Source: Felis catus | Taxonomy: Eukaryota | Direction of reading: 5' to 3' | NCBI RefSeq assembly: GCF_018350175.1 | Contig: NC_058368.1 | Coordinates: forward strand, 70,868,001 to 70,932,000 | Length of the DNA stretch: 64,000 bases | Part shown: positions 60,804 to 64,000 of the stretch, one piece after another | Layout: each line of letters starts with the position of its first letter | Numbering within the stretch: position 1 is the stretch's first letter | Notes under the pieces: generated by a model | Told to the model about the DNA's origin: nothing | Database searches by the model: none | Seen by the model: the letters and a program-made list of their open reading frames with translations, nothing else | Program-made: the position numbers and the translations under genes

Positions 60804-63414
60804 AAAATGAAATTTTTAAAGAAAAAGAAATTTCCTGACTGTCTCTCTGTCTCTGTCTCTCTACATATATCACTGTTTTCTATTTGAATGATTAACATAT
60901 GCACATTAGTTAGTAGGTAAATAATGTAATTCTACTTGCTCTTCTAATTTGTCAAATCTTTACAGATAATTATTATCACTATCAAGTGATTAAGGAGGGG
61001 ACATTTATATAAAGCTAATTTAAGGTACTTGGTTTTTGCATGCATTAATTTCCTTATTTATATATTTAATTAGCATCTATTATATGCTAGGTACAGTGCC
61101 AGGGTCAGCAAAAAGAATGCTTCCTAAAATCACAACCCCCTAAAATCATGGCTCTTAAAATCAGCTCTTTGTCTCTATTTTCCCCACTCAAATATTACCT
61201 TCTGTTCTGCCTTATCATTGTGATCAGAGCTTTGGTTTAGTTTTTAAGATTTTGTAATCCCAGTGATGTGTAATACGCAGTAGGAATGCTCAGAGAAGAG
61301 AAATCTATAAGAAATTTTAATTACTGGGGAGCCGACTCTACCAGAGAAATCATCAGAGTTGTCCATGTAAGGATGGGGGACTGCTCAGACTGAACTGAAC
61401 CCCTGTTATGATTGAAACTCTTTTCACTTTATTGTCCAAATTACTGCCTTAACTTCCTCCCACTCCTCATTTGCCTATTCCCCTTGCTTTTTATCTTCTG
61501 TATTACCAGTATTACAACATAGTGGTGTTTAACTACTTCCTGAAAGCATTAGTAGTCATCAGGAGCACCAGTTCGTTATAGATGTAGATAAAGGGGTGTC
61601 AACCCCTCAACTACGACTTGGACTAATTTGGAAAATATGGTTCCTTCCCTCAAAAGAAACTGCTCATGCATCTTTGGACGTTTCTATAAAATAGCTGTGT
61701 GCATTTCCTTATTCGTTATAAACAACTAGAATCAGTGTGTCCTGCTTTGATGCCAGAACTAGAATTTAATTCACAATGGCAAGGAAGCTTTACCTAGAAT
61801 GTCTGTACACATGAAAGGCGAGGAAAAACCATACAAGTTCCGTCCCCCTTTCCGCTTTTGGTGAGCTTTCGACTTTTCTTCCCTGCGATTATTATTGAGT
61901 GGAATGTAACCCCCAAATCTTTCACCAGATGTTGCCTCACCATCTTAAAGGGAAGAAGAAAATTATAATGGATGTTTTGAATGTGCTCAACTTTTGTTTT
62001 GTTCAGAGCCAAACTGAATGAAGCAAAGAAGTTAAAATCTTTTCTTGTTCCATCTGAGTAAGCATGAAAACCTACAATCCTTAATCTTTTAAAAGAAAAA
62101 TAACCCTCCTCTGTTTGTGGGATTTCTGATTCATTTCTTCCGCCCTGCTCCCCTGCTCTGCATTTTTGTAATCAAATTCTGTCTGGACTTTTGTGAGCCA
62201 ATAACCTCCCTCTTCACCCCTCTCCCCTCTACCCCCCCCCACCTCTACCCTATGATGACACAAAGAGCAGAGAGTCCACAAAAGACTCAGTTTCTGGGTT
62301 TTGTATTGAAAAGGAGGATGAAATGCTGGATATACTTAGGAACACGAAACTGATCTGTTAAAACTTTACCAAAAAAGCAATTTATTAGCATCAGGATAGG
62401 GGGAATAAAAAGTGAGAGGAATAGAGATTTTTTAAAAATGCCATGAATAGAAGTGAATATAATGTACTTTTTTGTAATTCGCACTAAATTGACTTTTCTT
62501 TAGTGTCACACAAACTAGTTGGTGTGGCAGCTACTTCAACCGCCCTGCCCCCAAGTTAACAAGTAATGTAAAAACACAAGAGTCCCATGGGAGGGTAGTG
62601 GGGAGCCCTGGAAAGCTATTTGTTGATGTCCCTGAACAATAACCAGGGCTGGTATACTGGCCTGTATTTTAGAGCTCAGGACCTGAGTCTTAACCATTTT
62701 TCCCTGTTGCCATGATTGTGATGACAGCACTTCTCTGTGAGGTGTGTCCTGTGTCTGTGACTCTGGGTCTCCAGGGTGTCAAAGTTTGTCTGTGGCTAAA
62801 CTCTTAAATAAATATTCTAAACCAAGGGTCCAAAGGCTAAATTCTGCTAACCACTTATTTTTATACAGCCTTTGAACTAATAATTTTTCCAGATGTGTGA
62901 TTTGATGATAGGGAACATTACCTTTAACTCCATTTTAGCAAAATGCTAATCCCCTCACCAAAAAAAAAAAAAAAAAAAAAAAAAAGAATGCCATTCTTCT
63001 CTCCATTAGAACTGTATTACCAAAAAGTTGTACTCAATTTTATTTTGAATTCCATCAGTAAAAAAAGGTGTGGAAAATTGTGTTTCTCTTGATGTATATA
63101 AGTCCCTGTATAATATCCCAGTATTTGTCTCCCAGCTCACAATCTGAAATAGTTACTATCTGTCCCTTTCAGACGTTTGGTGAGCCCTGTTTTAGACTGT
63201 CCATTATAGAGACAATTTTGAAGAGGGGAAAAGGCATTCTTGCTATCATTCCTTGTTTGAATCTTGTTTTGATTTTCTATTTTAATAGTGAAGCTTTTCT
63301 GATCAATATGGATATGAGTTACTATGCTTTGGCTTGTGCAGTGTCCTGAGAAAACTGGTGTCAGTTGTGAAGTGCAGCATAATATTGCCAGCAGCTGCCT
63401 CTTTGAAAATGTAA

Positions 63415-63540
63415 AGTCACTGAATAAAATACATCTGTGTTTCCTTATATAAAATAACTGGCAATAATAGTATCTATTTCATACAGTTGAGGGAATTAAG
63501 TGACAAAAGTAAATTAAGGAATCAGTAGATGTTAAAAAGA
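63415..63540 (+). mobile_element. MIR fragment
   Basis: 'gtttccttatataaaa...ataatagtatctatttcatacagttgagggaattaagtga'. Confidence 0.55.
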
Positions 63541-63802
63541 ACAGAGTCTACCATTGAGAACTTGTTTGTTTGCCTTAGAATGAGTACTGATACTTTGTGT
63601 TTTAACATTTTGAATCCATGTACAGATACACTGTCGCCTGTACACTGGTAGGTACCTAAATAATGCTGCTGCTAAGCTTCAGGCAATACAAAATATAATC
63701 TCTTTCAACATGATTTTGTGGGAAATACTTGTTTAAAATAGAATTATTACTTAAGGCCTATGTATTTCTTTTGTAGATTTTTTTAAAACGTTTATTTATT
63801 CA

Positions 63803-64000
63803 AGGGTCGCTTGGGTGGCTCAGTCAGTTATGCATCCGTGATCTCACAGCTTATGGGTTCAAGCCCCGCATCAGGCTCTGTGCTGACGGCTCAGAGCCTG
63901 GAGCCCGCTTCAGATTCTGTGTCTCCCTCTCTCTCTGCCCCTCCCCTGCTCTCTCTCTCTCTTTCTCTCAAAAATAAACATTAAAAATTTTTAAAAAATT
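63803..64000 (+). mobile_element. CAN-SINE running to the window edge
   Basis: Head, body with a short deletion, (CT)n and tail. Confidence 0.93.

Noticed and set aside
1..64000. Naming the host gene or the exact species
   Set aside because: No recognisable host exon is present; the SINEs support Felidae only.

Overview
Mammalian nuclear DNA, almost certainly a felid: it carries about 50 tRNA-derived CAN-SINEs of the SINEC_Fc type. I see no prokaryotic features, no CRISPR array and no recognisable exon of a known host gene. The window reads as a large intron or gene desert. It contains CAN-SINEs (many with visible target-site duplications, TSDs), old L1M, L2 and MIR fragments, MaLR LTRs and DNA transposons (Tigger, MER5A, MADE2). 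The only confident protein homology is a processed SNRPG (SmG) retrocopy on the minus strand (~47024-47486). Its ORF is still open and runs through the former 3'UTR. The most interesting unexplained signals are: (i) a degenerate repeat-plus-spacer array at 37.2-37.7 kb that creates a dense E-box cluster; (ii) SINE-free stretches with enhancer-like motif clusters (TGACA cluster at 31.4-31.9 kb, PBX-HOX plus MEIS pair at 52.1 kb); (iii) a CpG-retaining block at 1-620; (iv) candidate cryptic or micro-exons; (v) G>A-skewed decay of the retrocopy. Repeat names come from recalled consensus sequences, repeat boundaries are approximate, and motif counts were made by eye. I cannot demonstrate a new biological system from the sequence alone.
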